From Desulfurococcaceae archaeon (lineage in GTDB: Archaea; Thermoproteota; Thermoprotei_A; Sulfolobales; NBVN01), in NCBI GenBank assembly GCA_020832985.1, contig JAJHRE010000003.1, forward strand, positions 1-57,276: a stretch of 57,276 nucleotides of DNA. Direction: 5' to 3'. The notes beneath the pieces were generated by a model. It saw only the letters and a list, made by a program, of their open reading frames with translations, ran no database searches and was not told where the DNA came from. Shown here one piece after another: positions 27,142-36,140 of this stretch; positions within the stretch are counted from its first letter, which is position 1, and each line of letters begins with the position of its first letter. The translations under genes and the position numbers were made by a program.

Positions 27142-28312
27142 GTTCCTTCCTAATCATATATAGTAATGGTATACCAGTAGCTGAAGCTATGGTTAAGATA
27201 GTTAAGCTTAAGTCGTAATTACCTGTTAGGTCGTGGGATAAACCACCTATTATAGGGCCTGCAAGCATTGACATAGTAGCTGAGGTCAGTAGTAAGCCGT
27301 AATTACTTCCTAAGTACTTAGTACCCCACATCCTAGCAGCTATTAAAGGTATTAAAGCTACGTTAGTACCGTGGATCACACCTATAAGTGATGACCCTAA
27401 ATACGTTAGAGGTAGGAACCTATAAGTTGGGAGTAACGCTATATTTAACGTTGATATGATGTATACAATCATTAATATCCTGTAGATACCTATACGTTCA
27501 GCTACCTCACCAATAACTACCCTAGTTAGGAAATTCACTAACGAATACACACTAACAGCTGTTGAAGCTATTAAAACACCTACACCTACATACTCCATAA
27601 CAAACGGTGTTAGGTGTGAGGCTGCGAAACCATCTATCAAGCTTGTGAGGAATATCATAGACCAAGCCATGTAGAAGGTCTTAGTCTTAAGGATATCTAA
27701 TGGAGTGTACGTCCTAGAACTAACTACCTCATCCTGTGGTTCGGTAAGGACTACAGTTGCTACAGACATAACGATGACTGATGCAGTAGCTATTGCTAAG
27801 GTTGTTAACCTCCACCCGAAACAACTTACTAAGTAGGAGGTTATCGGAGCTAGTACTAGAGTACCTAAGCTATAACCTCCTGAGGTTAGACCTGCGGCTA
27901 ACCCCTTACGAGTCCTGTAGAACCACTTAACACCTAAGGTAACTGCTAATACGTAACCTAAGGCTTGACCGATACCGTAGATGAATGCGTAGGAGATAGT
28001 AAGCATCACTATATCCTGAGATATTGACGTCAGTATTAAGCCTAGACCTGTCGAGACTGTTGTTAAAGTCAGTGTTAGTTTTAGACCTAATCTAGACTTG
28101 ACGTAGTCTATCATCGAGAATCCTACGACGTTCACTATAGACATTAAACTAAACGGTAGTACGACGAGAGCTCTAGATATCTTAAGGTCTACCTCAACAT
28201 AAGGTACTAATACTGACCAGACATGCTTAAAACCTAACATAAAGTTTATTAAGAAGCATAATGTAAGGATTAACCATGGATTAACCCTAAGCTTAGTTGA
28301 CGTCCTCGGCAT
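27128..28312 (-). CDS. MFS transporter (oxalate/formate antiporter-like)
   Basis: 394 aa, ~12 TM helices, 6+6 organisation with a central loop. It directly abuts the aldolase gene (28313). Confidence 0.65.
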   Translation of the reverse strand: MPRTSTKLRVNPWLILTLCFLINFMLGFKHVWSVLVPYVEVDLKISRALVVLPFSLMSIVNVVGFSMIDYVKSRLGLKLTLTLTTVSTGLGLILTSISQDIVMLTISYAFIYGIGQALGYVLAVTLGVKWFYRTRKGLAAGLTSGGYSLGTLVLAPITSYLVSCFGWRLTTLAIATASVIVMSVATVVLTEPQDEVVSSRTYTPLDILKTKTFYMAWSMIFLTSLIDGFAASHLTPFVMEYVGVGVLIASTAVSVYSLVNFLTRVVIGEVAERIGIYRILMIVYIISTLNIALLPTYRFLPLTYLGSSLIGVIHGTNVALIPLIAARMWGTKYLGSNYGLLLTSATMSMLAGPIIGGLSHDLTGNYDLSLTILTIASATGIPLLYMIRKELTQG

Positions 28313-29215
28313 TTAACCTACCGTGAATCCTAGATTAACTAATACGTTCTTGAGTTCCTCAACTTCTTGAGGTGTTAGTGATGGTAATGGCTTACGTACA
28401 GGGCCTGCTGGGAGTCCAAGTAATTTAAGTGCTACTTTACATGGTGCTACATACCCTGGCTCATACTCGAAGAACCTGAAGAGTTCTTGGAGTTTAAGAT
28501 GGAGTTCGAAGGCTTCTTTATAATTACCTTTAACAAATTCGTTATATAGTCTCACCATTTGCTTAGGTACTACACATGCAGCTGTTGAGAATATCCCACG
28601 ACCACCAACACATAATGTTGGGTAGAACTGACTATCAATACCTGTAAGGACTGAGATTTTATGACCTACAAGTCTTATAATCTCTATAGTCTGACCTAAA
28701 TCACTATTACTCTGCTTCATACCTACAACATTACCTAACTCAGCAATCTTACCCATTAACTTAGGATCTATATTATGGCCTGTATATACTGGGTTATTAT
28801 ATACGACTACAGGTATTTCAGATTTCTCAGCTAATTCCTTAAAGAACTCATAAATGGATTCCCTAGGCAGTTTATAATAGTATGGAGGTGTTGCTATAAC
28901 ACCATCAGCACCTACATCCACTGCATGTTTAACATAAGTTAAAACCTCCTTCAAACCACATGCAGATACACAAGCAATTAATAACGTATTTGATGGGACA
29001 ACCTCCCTAACAACCTCAAGAACTTTAAACCTCTCATGAGGTAGTAGGTGTGGGAACTCACCATTACCACCAGTAGTCATAATACCGTGAACACCACACT
29101 CAACTAAATACTGAGTTAATACCTTCAAACCCTCAACATCTAACTCATAATCATCTCTAAAAGGAGTAACTATAGCAACTATAACACCTCTTAAAGATTC
29201 CTTAGTCAGCTTCAT
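28313..29215 (-). CDS. DapA-family class I aldolase (dihydrodipicolinate synthase / 2-keto-3-deoxy-sugar-acid aldolase-like)
   Basis: GVIVAIVTPF, MTTGGNGEF, PPYYYK and the Schiff-base lysine context VVGMKQSN are typical of the DapA/KDG-aldolase family. Confidence 0.75.
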   Translation of the reverse strand: MKLTKESLRGVIVAIVTPFRDDYELDVEGLKVLTQYLVECGVHGIMTTGGNGEFPHLLPHERFKVLEVVREVVPSNTLLIACVSACGLKEVLTYVKHAVDVGADGVIATPPYYYKLPRESIYEFFKELAEKSEIPVVVYNNPVYTGHNIDPKLMGKIAELGNVVGMKQSNSDLGQTIEIIRLVGHKISVLTGIDSQFYPTLCVGGRGIFSTAACVVPKQMVRLYNEFVKGNYKEAFELHLKLQELFRFFEYEPGYVAPCKVALKLLGLPAGPVRKPLPSLTPQEVEELKNVLVNLGFTVG

Positions 29216-29295
29216 AACATAGACCCTAGATTAAATTTTAAGTAAAGCTAAAATACTTTAGCTCTACTAATGGAATGCTTTTTATAGCATTTCCG

Positions 29296-29545
29296 GGTTG
29301 CTGACGGCTCCCGCCATGAATGGCGAGGGTTCTAACCCTCTAGGGCTTTCCCTCATTGATCAGAGCCCCTCACGGGTGCGGCATCACTACTCAGGCCCCG
29401 CCGTCAGCTCCGGAGAGGTGTGAGCTCATAGCCTGTTAAGCTCGCCCACACCCAACACCAGGAAGAGGTACTGGAGCAAAACCTTATAATCTTTTCGATA
29501 GAACACCTCCCCGCCCTAAAGGACTGAGCCTCCAACAAAAAGCGA
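29296..29545 (-). ncRNA. Unclassified GC-rich structured RNA (copy C), a divergent and larger relative of the element A/B RNA
   Basis: A ~250-nt GC island with a long-range helix GCTGACGGC (29300-29308) / GCCGTCAGC (29400-29408). The identical K-loop-like motif CTGAGTAGTGATG lies on the minus strand at 29382-29394. The hairpin GTGTGGGCGAGCTTAA... resembles A's GTGTGGGTGAAGCTAA. Confidence 0.5.
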
Positions 29546-29775
29546 ATATTCATACATGTTATATAATTATAGCATTATTTAACCATCAATACTGTTCCAC
29601 CACCATTATTCAGTAGGTGGTAGTTCATAGTCCTTTACTTTCTCAGACTCATCCTATCTACTTTTCAACGGCTGTATTACCCTACCACTCTATAGGAGTT
29701 GTTCACCTCTAGTTACCTGAAGGTACACCCATCCCCATCAGGTAATCAGAGTTCATAAAAAGCTTCGTAAACCTC
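29530..29775. repeat. Direct repeat unit, copy 1 (partner at 30402-30680)
   Basis: Collinear shared blocks, copy 1 versus copy 2. CAGTAGGTGGTAGTTCAT vs CAGTAAGTGGTACTTCAT. TATCTACTTTTCAA vs TATCTACTTCTCAA. TTCACCTCTAG vs TTCACCTCTCTAG. GTTCATAAAAAGCTTC vs TTTCATAATAAGCTTC. The adjoining TATA/leader block is also shared. Confidence 0.6.
29559..29597 (-). promoter_or_regulatory. Promoter module of RNA copy C (ACAGTATTGATGG-TTAAATAA plus ATAATTATATAA)
   Basis: The same ACAG-NN-TGAYGG...TTAAATA...AATTATAYAA arrangement is found upstream of copies A and B. Confidence 0.45.
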
Positions 29776-29913
29776 AAGACCTCATCATCACGTTTAGGAA
29801 ATGTTTAAAATTTTTATGAATGTTGAAAGAGCTTATACAGTCTACAGAAAGTCTACCTCTACGAGGACTTATACTTTGACAATTGTTATAATGTCTTTAG
29901 CTATTGGGAATCC

Positions 29914-30342
29914 CTACCTCCAATACTTCGGAGGTTCACTTTTCCTAATGCTTTCTTTCGGTTCCCATGTAAATCTCCAATACCCTCTACCAACATCTTC
30001 AAGTGCTATGTTAAGCTCACTTATCATCTTATCACTTAGTAAGACTTCATCAGCTAGGGGTGAGATGACGACGTCTGCCTCAACATACTGGGTATCTATG
30101 TTGGGTACTATGACTTTTACTTTAACAGCTTTTGACGCTACCCAAACTCTTAAGGGACCTCCAGCTGTCTCAAAAACACTCTCATCAATACCCCTTACTG
30201 GAGGCCAGAGTGTAAGGGATTCCGCAACTTTAACCGGTATTAAAACTTGCGGAGTTTCAGACTCATAACCACTATTTGCAAGTGCTGATGTCTCAACCCT
30301 CGCCCCCTCTTTAACTAACTCTATCCTCACTCTTACAACCAA
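29914..30342 (-). CDS. Retropepsin-like (clan AA aspartic protease, archaeal DTGF-type family) homologue with the Asp-Thr-Gly replaced by Asn-Ser-Gly
   Basis: The 142-aa layout VETSALANSGYESETPQVLIPVKVAESL...VEADVVISPLADEVLLSDKMISELNIAL fits the small archaeal retropepsin-like family. The start is TTG at 30342 (or GTG four codons later). Confidence 0.5.
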   Translation of the reverse strand: MVVRVRIELVKEGARVETSALANSGYESETPQVLIPVKVAESLTLWPPVRGIDESVFETAGGPLRVWVASKAVKVKVIVPNIDTQYVEADVVISPLADEVLLSDKMISELNIALEDVGRGYWRFTWEPKESIRKSEPPKYWR

Positions 30343-30401
30343 TTAAATCACCTTTAACAGCTCTAATCCTACCAATCCTTGTTCTATGATCTCTAATCAG
30401 A

Positions 30402-30680
30402 CCTATAAAAACAGTCTCTCTCCTACACATACACGTCATAATATACTTAAAGATATTTAAACCTTCATTAAAACGTTTGGAAGCACACTTTCAGCATTTA
30501 AAGAAATTATTTCTCAGTAAGTGGTACTTCATCCCTTTCATATTCGTTAATTTTAATCTTACTATCTACTTCTCAATAACTCCCTTACCCACTACAGTCC
30601 TGACTATGAAAGCTCACTTACCGTCTAGGGTTATGACTTCTTTCACCTCTCTAGCTAGTTTCATAATAAGCTTCTCTTAA
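30402..30680. repeat. Direct repeat unit, copy 2 (partner at 29530-29775)
   Basis: See copy 1. It includes AATGAAGGTTTAAATATC (minus strand), homologous to the promoter module of RNA copies A, B and C. Confidence 0.6.
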
Positions 30681-30728
30681 GGTTTAAGGGGCTTAAAAAT
30701 ATTTTAGCTTTCTAATGAGTTATCTTAG

Positions 30729-31463
30729 GTGGTGTTTTCGCGTATTACTGAGGTACTCACACATGTTGGGATTATAGCGTTACTCGTATTACTAGCTGTC
30801 ACACTTGTTTATTATCCTGAATTCAGGTTATTAGTGTTTATAACGTTTATAGTGGTTATAACGTTGGTAGTGTTTATAAGTCGTAGAGCTGCTAGGAAAC
30901 CACCGAAGTTATTTGATGTTATAGCTGATGAGGTTAGACGTGGTAGTATGTTATTTGAAGTTGATGATGATGAGGTATCTAGGTTGCTTGAGAAGGACTT
31001 CATATTATATGATGAGTTCAGAAAACAGAGTTTTAAGGCGTTGATGGAGTCTATGATCATAATACCTATATTCTTATGGTACTTCATATACTTCTACTTA
31101 ATCCTGCCTAGATTCGTAATCACTGACTTAAACTTAAAATTAATAGCGTATATCGTAGGCTTCGTAGTACCCTACATACTTTACGTAGCTTCAGAGTTTG
31201 TGTTTAGGGTTAAGACTTTAACCTACGTATTAAGAGGTTATGAGGTTTATGATAGAGGTATAGTATCGATTAGTCAGTACATAGTTATTAAATTCCCGTT
31301 GAGTAAGGACTACATAGTGAGGGAGTATAGTAAGAGGAAGTGTATTGAGCTGTCCAGAAAGCATGGTGGATACACAGTAAGGTTCTTACTCTACACTAAG
31401 AACACGCCTAAACTCGTAGAGGTATTAAGTAGCTATGGTAAGGCTGAGGTAATATCCGATTAA
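30729..31463 (+). CDS. Membrane protein, paralogue of 42961-43695 (DUF2208-like)
   Basis: Both are 244 aa with the same topology. They share a C-terminal block, YEVYDRGIVS...KFPL.K......RK.IEL here versus YTIYDRGIVG...KFPIPK......RKFVEL. Confidence 0.6.
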   Translation: MVFSRITEVLTHVGIIALLVLLAVTLVYYPEFRLLVFITFIVVITLVVFISRRAARKPPKLFDVIADEVRRGSMLFEVDDDEVSRLLEKDFILYDEFRKQSFKALMESMIIIPIFLWYFIYFYLILPRFVITDLNLKLIAYIVGFVVPYILYVASEFVFRVKTLTYVLRGYEVYDRGIVSISQYIVIKFPLSKDYIVREYSKRKCIELSRKHGGYTVRFLLYTKNTPKLVEVLSSYGKAEVISD

Positions 31464-31626
31464 CCGATTTGATGTAACTAATAAATTAAATTTTAGTAGT
31501 TAGAAGAGAATGCTGACTCTCGGTAAGGAATTCATAAGCTATCACAGTCTTACCTAATTCAAAAGTTGTGAATGTTTCAAGAAAGTATTTTTTAGTTTAC
31601 AGTATTACATTATTTGAGGGTTCTGT

Positions 31627-32028
31627 ATGAAGGTGATTAGGTTTTCAGATACTGCTGAATTCCACCACCCTGAAACACTCTTACGTAGGGTTAGGATCTA
31701 CGGTAACCCTCAGTTAATAGGTATTAAGAACATGAGTATTGGGTTAGCTGTTATGGGACCTGGTGTTAGGGTACCACTACATAAACACGACCATTCTGAG
31801 GAGATAATGTTTATAATCCATGGTGAGGGTAAGTTCTTCACTAAAGATAAGGAGTACCCTGTAGGTCCTTACACATTAGTTTACGCACCAGCTGGTGAGG
31901 AACACGGATTTGAGAATACATCGACTTGTCAGACCCTTGAATTCCTATTCGTATACTCACCACCTGGTGGTGAAGAACCTATATTTAAGAACTTCGTAAA
32001 AGTTAAGGAGTTTACGTATAAGGAGTGA
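31627..32028 (+). CDS. Cupin-domain protein
   Basis: LHKHDHSEEIMFIIHGEG...APAGEEHGFEN matches the two cupin motifs. 133 aa. Confidence 0.65.
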   Translation: MKVIRFSDTAEFHHPETLLRRVRIYGNPQLIGIKNMSIGLAVMGPGVRVPLHKHDHSEEIMFIIHGEGKFFTKDKEYPVGPYTLVYAPAGEEHGFENTSTCQTLEFLFVYSPPGGEEPIFKNFVKVKEFTYKE

Positions 32029-32147
32029 TTAGTTAGGAATTTAAACTTAAGTAATTTTTAAACTAATTTAACTACTGTAGCAGTAGACCTTACAACTTTT
32101 ATCAGTGTTTATTAATTTTAGGGTATAGGAGTGTAGGATGTGGCTAT

Positions 32148-33617
32148 ATGTTGATGAAGCTTAAATTAGTTGTTAAGGGTTATCACTCATTGATTTCTTC
32201 ATTACTTAGGATTCTAACAGCTTCAGGTGTTGTATTACTCCTGCCTGTACTTGTAGGCTTACTCTACGGTGAGGTTATGAACGCCCTAGTCTTCACACTC
32301 TTAGGTATATCCTTGATAGTCCCTACATACATACTATCACGTTATATACCTACCACACACTTAAGCCTTAGCTGTGCGTTATTAGTAGCTGGTATTAGCT
32401 GGTTATTAATACCGTTAGTAGGTGCTATCCCGTATATAGTGATATGTGGTATACCATTCATTGACGCCTACTTCGAGAGTATGTCAGGCTTCACAACTAC
32501 TGGTATGACACTACTTACTAATCTTGAATCACTACCTAAGACCATACTATTCTGGAGAGCACTTACTCAATGGGTTGGTGGTATGGGTATAGTACTCCTA
32601 ACTATAGTGATAGTAGGTATCCCAAGTACTGCTGAACTCTTTAAACTGTATTTAGCTGAGGCTAGGGAGGTTAAGATTAGAGCTTCGACGTGGGTGACTG
32701 TTAGAGATTTATGGATAATCTACACATTCTACACGTTGTTATGTACTGCAATACTGATTATACTCGGTATGAATCCCTTCGAAGCCATCACCCACTCACT
32801 CACAGCAATAGCTACTGGAGGGTTCTCAACTAGAGATGCTAGTATAGCTGCTTTTAATAATCCATATATTGAGGGAGTCCTCACAGTATTTGAGTTCTTA
32901 GGAGCTACTAGTTTCGTAGCACATTACATACTCTTTAATTATGGGGTTAAAGCATTCTTTAAATACTATGAGGTGAGGTACTACATATTCTTAATCTCAA
33001 TAGCGTCGATAGCTGTAACATTAGATTTGATGTTAAACTTAGGTTTAGACGTATTACAAGCAATTCGATACGGGGTCTTTCAGGTAGTATCGATAATAAC
33101 AACAACAGGTTACTTAACAGCAGATATTAGTTCCTGGCCTCCATTCACTAAATCACTACTTTTAATTCTGATGTTTATAGGGGGTAATATCTGCTCAACT
33201 GCTGGTGCTATCAAGATTGGTAGGTTAGTAATAGCTTTTAAAGCTATAGTTAATGAGTTACAACGTCTATACCTACCCCCAGCTATTGTAAAACCTATTA
33301 AGGTAGATACTCATGTGGTGGAGGAAGGGTTAGTGTTGAGGGTACTCTTACTCATATTATTATATATCATAACTGTAGTCATGGGTACGTTAATACTGAC
33401 ATTCTTAGGTTATGACCCATTCTCAGCACTCTCAGCGATAGCATCAGCTCAAGGTAATGTAGGGCCTGCATACATATCATTCCAAAGCCTAAATACCTTA
33501 AGTAAGGTGGTGTTGATAATGTATATGTGGTTAGGTAGGCTTGAATTAACACCAGCATTATCAGTATTAATACCAGGTATGTGGAGTCAAGCTAGGAGTA
33601 AGGAAGTAGAAATGTAA
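32148..33617 (+). CDS. trkH: TrkH/KtrB-family cation (K+) transporter
   Basis: 489 aa polytopic protein with repeated pore-loop motifs (SGFTTTGMT, ATGGFSTRD, TTTGY, STAGAIK) typical of Trk/Ktr/HKT transporters. Confidence 0.8.
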   Translation: MLMKLKLVVKGYHSLISSLLRILTASGVVLLLPVLVGLLYGEVMNALVFTLLGISLIVPTYILSRYIPTTHLSLSCALLVAGISWLLIPLVGAIPYIVICGIPFIDAYFESMSGFTTTGMTLLTNLESLPKTILFWRALTQWVGGMGIVLLTIVIVGIPSTAELFKLYLAEAREVKIRASTWVTVRDLWIIYTFYTLLCTAILIILGMNPFEAITHSLTAIATGGFSTRDASIAAFNNPYIEGVLTVFEFLGATSFVAHYILFNYGVKAFFKYYEVRYYIFLISIASIAVTLDLMLNLGLDVLQAIRYGVFQVVSIITTTGYLTADISSWPPFTKSLLLILMFIGGNICSTAGAIKIGRLVIAFKAIVNELQRLYLPPAIVKPIKVDTHVVEEGLVLRVLLLILLYIITVVMGTLILTFLGYDPFSALSAIASAQGNVGPAYISFQSLNTLSKVVLIMYMWLGRLELTPALSVLIPGMWSQARSKEVEM

Positions 33618-33777
33618 GTTAATACTTAAAGTAACAACTCATGAAATCAGAAGGTAATACTTAATAACACATACATAATAAAATTTATTAACGTCTTAAC
33701 TATACACAATAAAAAACCCCACGTATTATAATGCTAAGGTTAATTAGATCCGTAACACCGATATTATCAGGCGCCAA

Positions 33778-33869
33778 CCCACTACATGAAGACCTAATCG
33801 GTAGGTATAGGCTTACAGGGTTAAAGCCCTGTAGGCTTATGCTTACAGGTTAGGTCTTCATGTAGTGGG
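33778..33869. repeat. Perfect 20-bp inverted repeat enclosing a 52-nt interior with an X-X'-X arrangement (large hairpin, possibly an ncRNA)
   Basis: CCCACTACATGAAGACCTAA (33778-33797) is the exact reverse complement of TTAGGTCTTCATGTAGTGGG (33850-33869). In the interior, GCTTACAGGG-TTAAAG-CCCTGTAGGC-TTAT-GCTTACAGG allows two mutually exclusive hairpins. Confidence 0.7.
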
Positions 33870-33987
33870 GCGAGGCCTTCTCTAAAGTTCTCTAACTATT
33901 AAGTGGTAATACTAGTTGATGGTGTTGAGTTTTTGAATTATTTAGAGGTAGTTATTTTTAGAAGTCTTCAACTCATATTGTCGGGCT

Positions 33988-34380
33988 TTGAAGATATTTA
34001 AAGATGAGGGTGAGTTAATTGATGCTTGTTTGAAGTTATTCGATAGTATAGCTATTCATATGGGGAGGAACGTATATGTTGGGGGTTTAGAGATAGATTT
34101 AATTGCTGTAGTCCCGGATATTCTCAGACCTTCAGTTCATGTGTTTGAGGTTAAGAGGAGGCCTAAGCTTAAGCTACTTAAGCAGTTGAGTACTAGGGTT
34201 TTAATTTCTGATTACGTCTACGTAGTCCTCCCATATACTGCGTATTCTTGGGCTTTCACATACGTACCGGATTACGTCGGGGTAGTTATAGTGGATAGAT
34301 TCTTAAACCCACACATCATTAGGTTACCTAAATGGTTAGGTAACGGTAGTGTACTGCTTGACCTAATACTTAAGCATTAG
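33988..34380 (+). CDS. Small PD-(D/E)xK-fold nuclease-like protein (NucS C-terminal/DUF91-like)
   Basis: GGLEIDLIAV...VHVFEVKRR fits the D...(D/E)xK pattern seen in NucS-like (G.IDLLAV...V.EVKR) proteins. Recognised by eye only. Confidence 0.4.
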   Translation: MKIFKDEGELIDACLKLFDSIAIHMGRNVYVGGLEIDLIAVVPDILRPSVHVFEVKRRPKLKLLKQLSTRVLISDYVYVVLPYTAYSWAFTYVPDYVGVVIVDRFLNPHIIRLPKWLGNGSVLLDLILKH

Positions 34381-34441
34381 TTAGTGGTAAGTCTTAATAT
34401 AGGTACTTCAAGATTATGTTACGGTATTAAGTAGTGTTGAG

Positions 34442-35155
34442 GTGTTAGTAATGTTTATATGTCCTAACCGTAGTGAAGTACATTTACGTGATGCCTTAAG
34501 GAGGTCTACATACGTGTTAGATTTTGACGGTGTAATCGTTCATAGATTTACACAGTTCATAGACTTCATAAGTGCTAGGAAGGAGTTAGCTAAGGTCATG
34601 ATTGAGAGAGGTTTTAATATAGATTTAATCAGGGGTTATATAGATCCTTACGACTTAATCAAGTTATGCTACGGTGAGTGGGGTATTCATAAGGACTTCC
34701 AACTATTCTCTAAGATTCTTGAGGAGTATGAGTTAGTAGCTCTACATAGGGTAGTTACTGATTTAAGAGCTAAGGAATTCCTTGAACTATTAATCAGTAA
34801 TGGTAAGGAGGTATACATCTCATCACTCCAACCTAACACTGTAATATCATTCATAATTAGTAGGTTAGGGATACCTACTGATAAGGTACGTATATGTGGT
34901 AGGGATGCTGGGGGGAGGCCTAAACCATACACTGATCAGTTAGTCGGTGTTGAAGGTGATGATGCTGTAGTCTTAGGTGATTCCTGTACTGACGGTTACC
35001 TAGCGAGGAATTTAGGCTCATACTTCATAGGGTTAAGTACTAACGGATATACAGAGTATGAGTTATGTAGTGTTGATGCAGTAGCCGTCTTCAACGACTT
35101 AGAGGAGTTGTTAGAATTCTTACTGAAGGAAGTATTAAAGTTAGAAGAGAGTTAG
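34442..35155 (+). CDS. HAD-superfamily hydrolase
   Basis: Motif I VLDFDGVIV (DxDG) and motif IV VVLGDSCTDG. 237 aa. Confidence 0.6.
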   Translation: MLVMFICPNRSEVHLRDALRRSTYVLDFDGVIVHRFTQFIDFISARKELAKVMIERGFNIDLIRGYIDPYDLIKLCYGEWGIHKDFQLFSKILEEYELVALHRVVTDLRAKEFLELLISNGKEVYISSLQPNTVISFIISRLGIPTDKVRICGRDAGGRPKPYTDQLVGVEGDDAVVLGDSCTDGYLARNLGSYFIGLSTNGYTEYELCSVDAVAVFNDLEELLEFLLKEVLKLEES

Positions 35156-35221
35156 TTTCGTAGGGATTATAGATGAGTTGAGTTTATTAATCCCCTCACA
35201 ATGAATGTTAGGGATTTCTGA

Positions 35222-35722
35222 ATGCGTCTAGATAAGGAGTTATTGCTGAGTAGGGTTGAGTCCCTAGCTAAGGAGTTAGACCTTAAGTACCACGGATGTT
35301 CTCAAATGACTTTAAAAGCTATTCAAGAAGTCCTTAACTTAGGTGATGGTAATGTATTTAAGGCTGCCTCAGCATTAGCTGGGGGTGTAGCTAGGGGTGG
35401 TGAGGTCTGCGGCGCATTACTAGGTGCTTTAATGGCTGTTAGCTTAGTATTCGGACGTGATAAGTTAGAACCTACGACGGAATCTAAAAGTTATAAGAAG
35501 GCTATGGAGGTCGGTTACAAAGTATTTGATGAGTTTAAAGAGACCTTCGGAAGTGTTAGGTGTAGGGATATACATATAAGACTATTCGGTAGGTACTACA
35601 ACTTAAGAGACCCTAACGAACTCAACGAATTCATCAGTAGCGGAGCTATTGATAAATGCAGTGATGTTGTTAAGACAGCAGCTAAGATAGCTGTTAAGGC
35701 AATTCTAGAACATATAGAATAG
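35222..35722 (+). CDS. C_GCAxxG_C_C family (putative redox-active) protein
   Basis: YHGCSQ...GEVCGALLGALMAV...VRCRD...DKCSD reproduces the C-GCAxxG-C-C cysteine pattern. Confidence 0.7.
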   Translation: MRLDKELLLSRVESLAKELDLKYHGCSQMTLKAIQEVLNLGDGNVFKAASALAGGVARGGEVCGALLGALMAVSLVFGRDKLEPTTESKSYKKAMEVGYKVFDEFKETFGSVRCRDIHIRLFGRYYNLRDPNELNEFISSGAIDKCSDVVKTAAKIAVKAILEHIE

Positions 35723-36140
35723 ATAATGTATTTAAATAAAACTTAATTTTCTAGTCATTATAACCACTAATGTAGGAGTTTTAAATAACTTCTTAACATA
35801 GCTTCTACTTAAAAGTTCTAAACTATAAGTCAGTATGTCGTACGCGTAATCCTTTAAGTAGTTGTTGACTAGCAATATAATAACTCATACTATTCATGAG
35901 GGTTTAGGAATCGTTAGGGATTTATTGTAAGACTGATGCTATGGTTATGACCTAAGGATTACATAATGATTAGTAAGAATACTATCTAGTTATCTTCGAG
36001 TATATGTAGGCTTTGCAGGAATTACAATGATAAGACGTTAAAGAACTACTTAACGTTATGACGATATTTAGCATTACCTGATATCTAGGTATTAATTATA
36101 ATTTATAAATGTTCTAACAATTATTTGCCGGGGGTGCGTT

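Noticed and set aside
29296-29545. Copy C considered as the RNase P RNA (minimal Thermoproteales type) or the SRP RNA.
   Set aside because: The minus strand contains GAGGGAAAGCCC, which resembles RNase P CR-I (GAGGAAAGUCC), and GAGCTTAAC, which is vaguely like the GCUUA of CR-V. They occur in the wrong order (the CR-V-like block is 5' of the CR-I-like block), and a convincing P4 pairing could not be drawn. No SRP helix-8 GGAA/AGCA motifs or long helix 5 were found. The identity is left open, and an Rfam/Infernal scan would settle it.
29801-30268. 155-aa plus-strand ORF overlapping the retropepsin-like gene, and the 67-aa ORF at 30477-30680 inside direct-repeat copy 2.
   Set aside because: The 155-aa product is S/T/L-rich with no recognisable domain, and it is antisense to an ORF that does show family-like features. 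The 67-aa ORF coincides with non-coding repeat sequence whose partner copy has no equivalent ORF.
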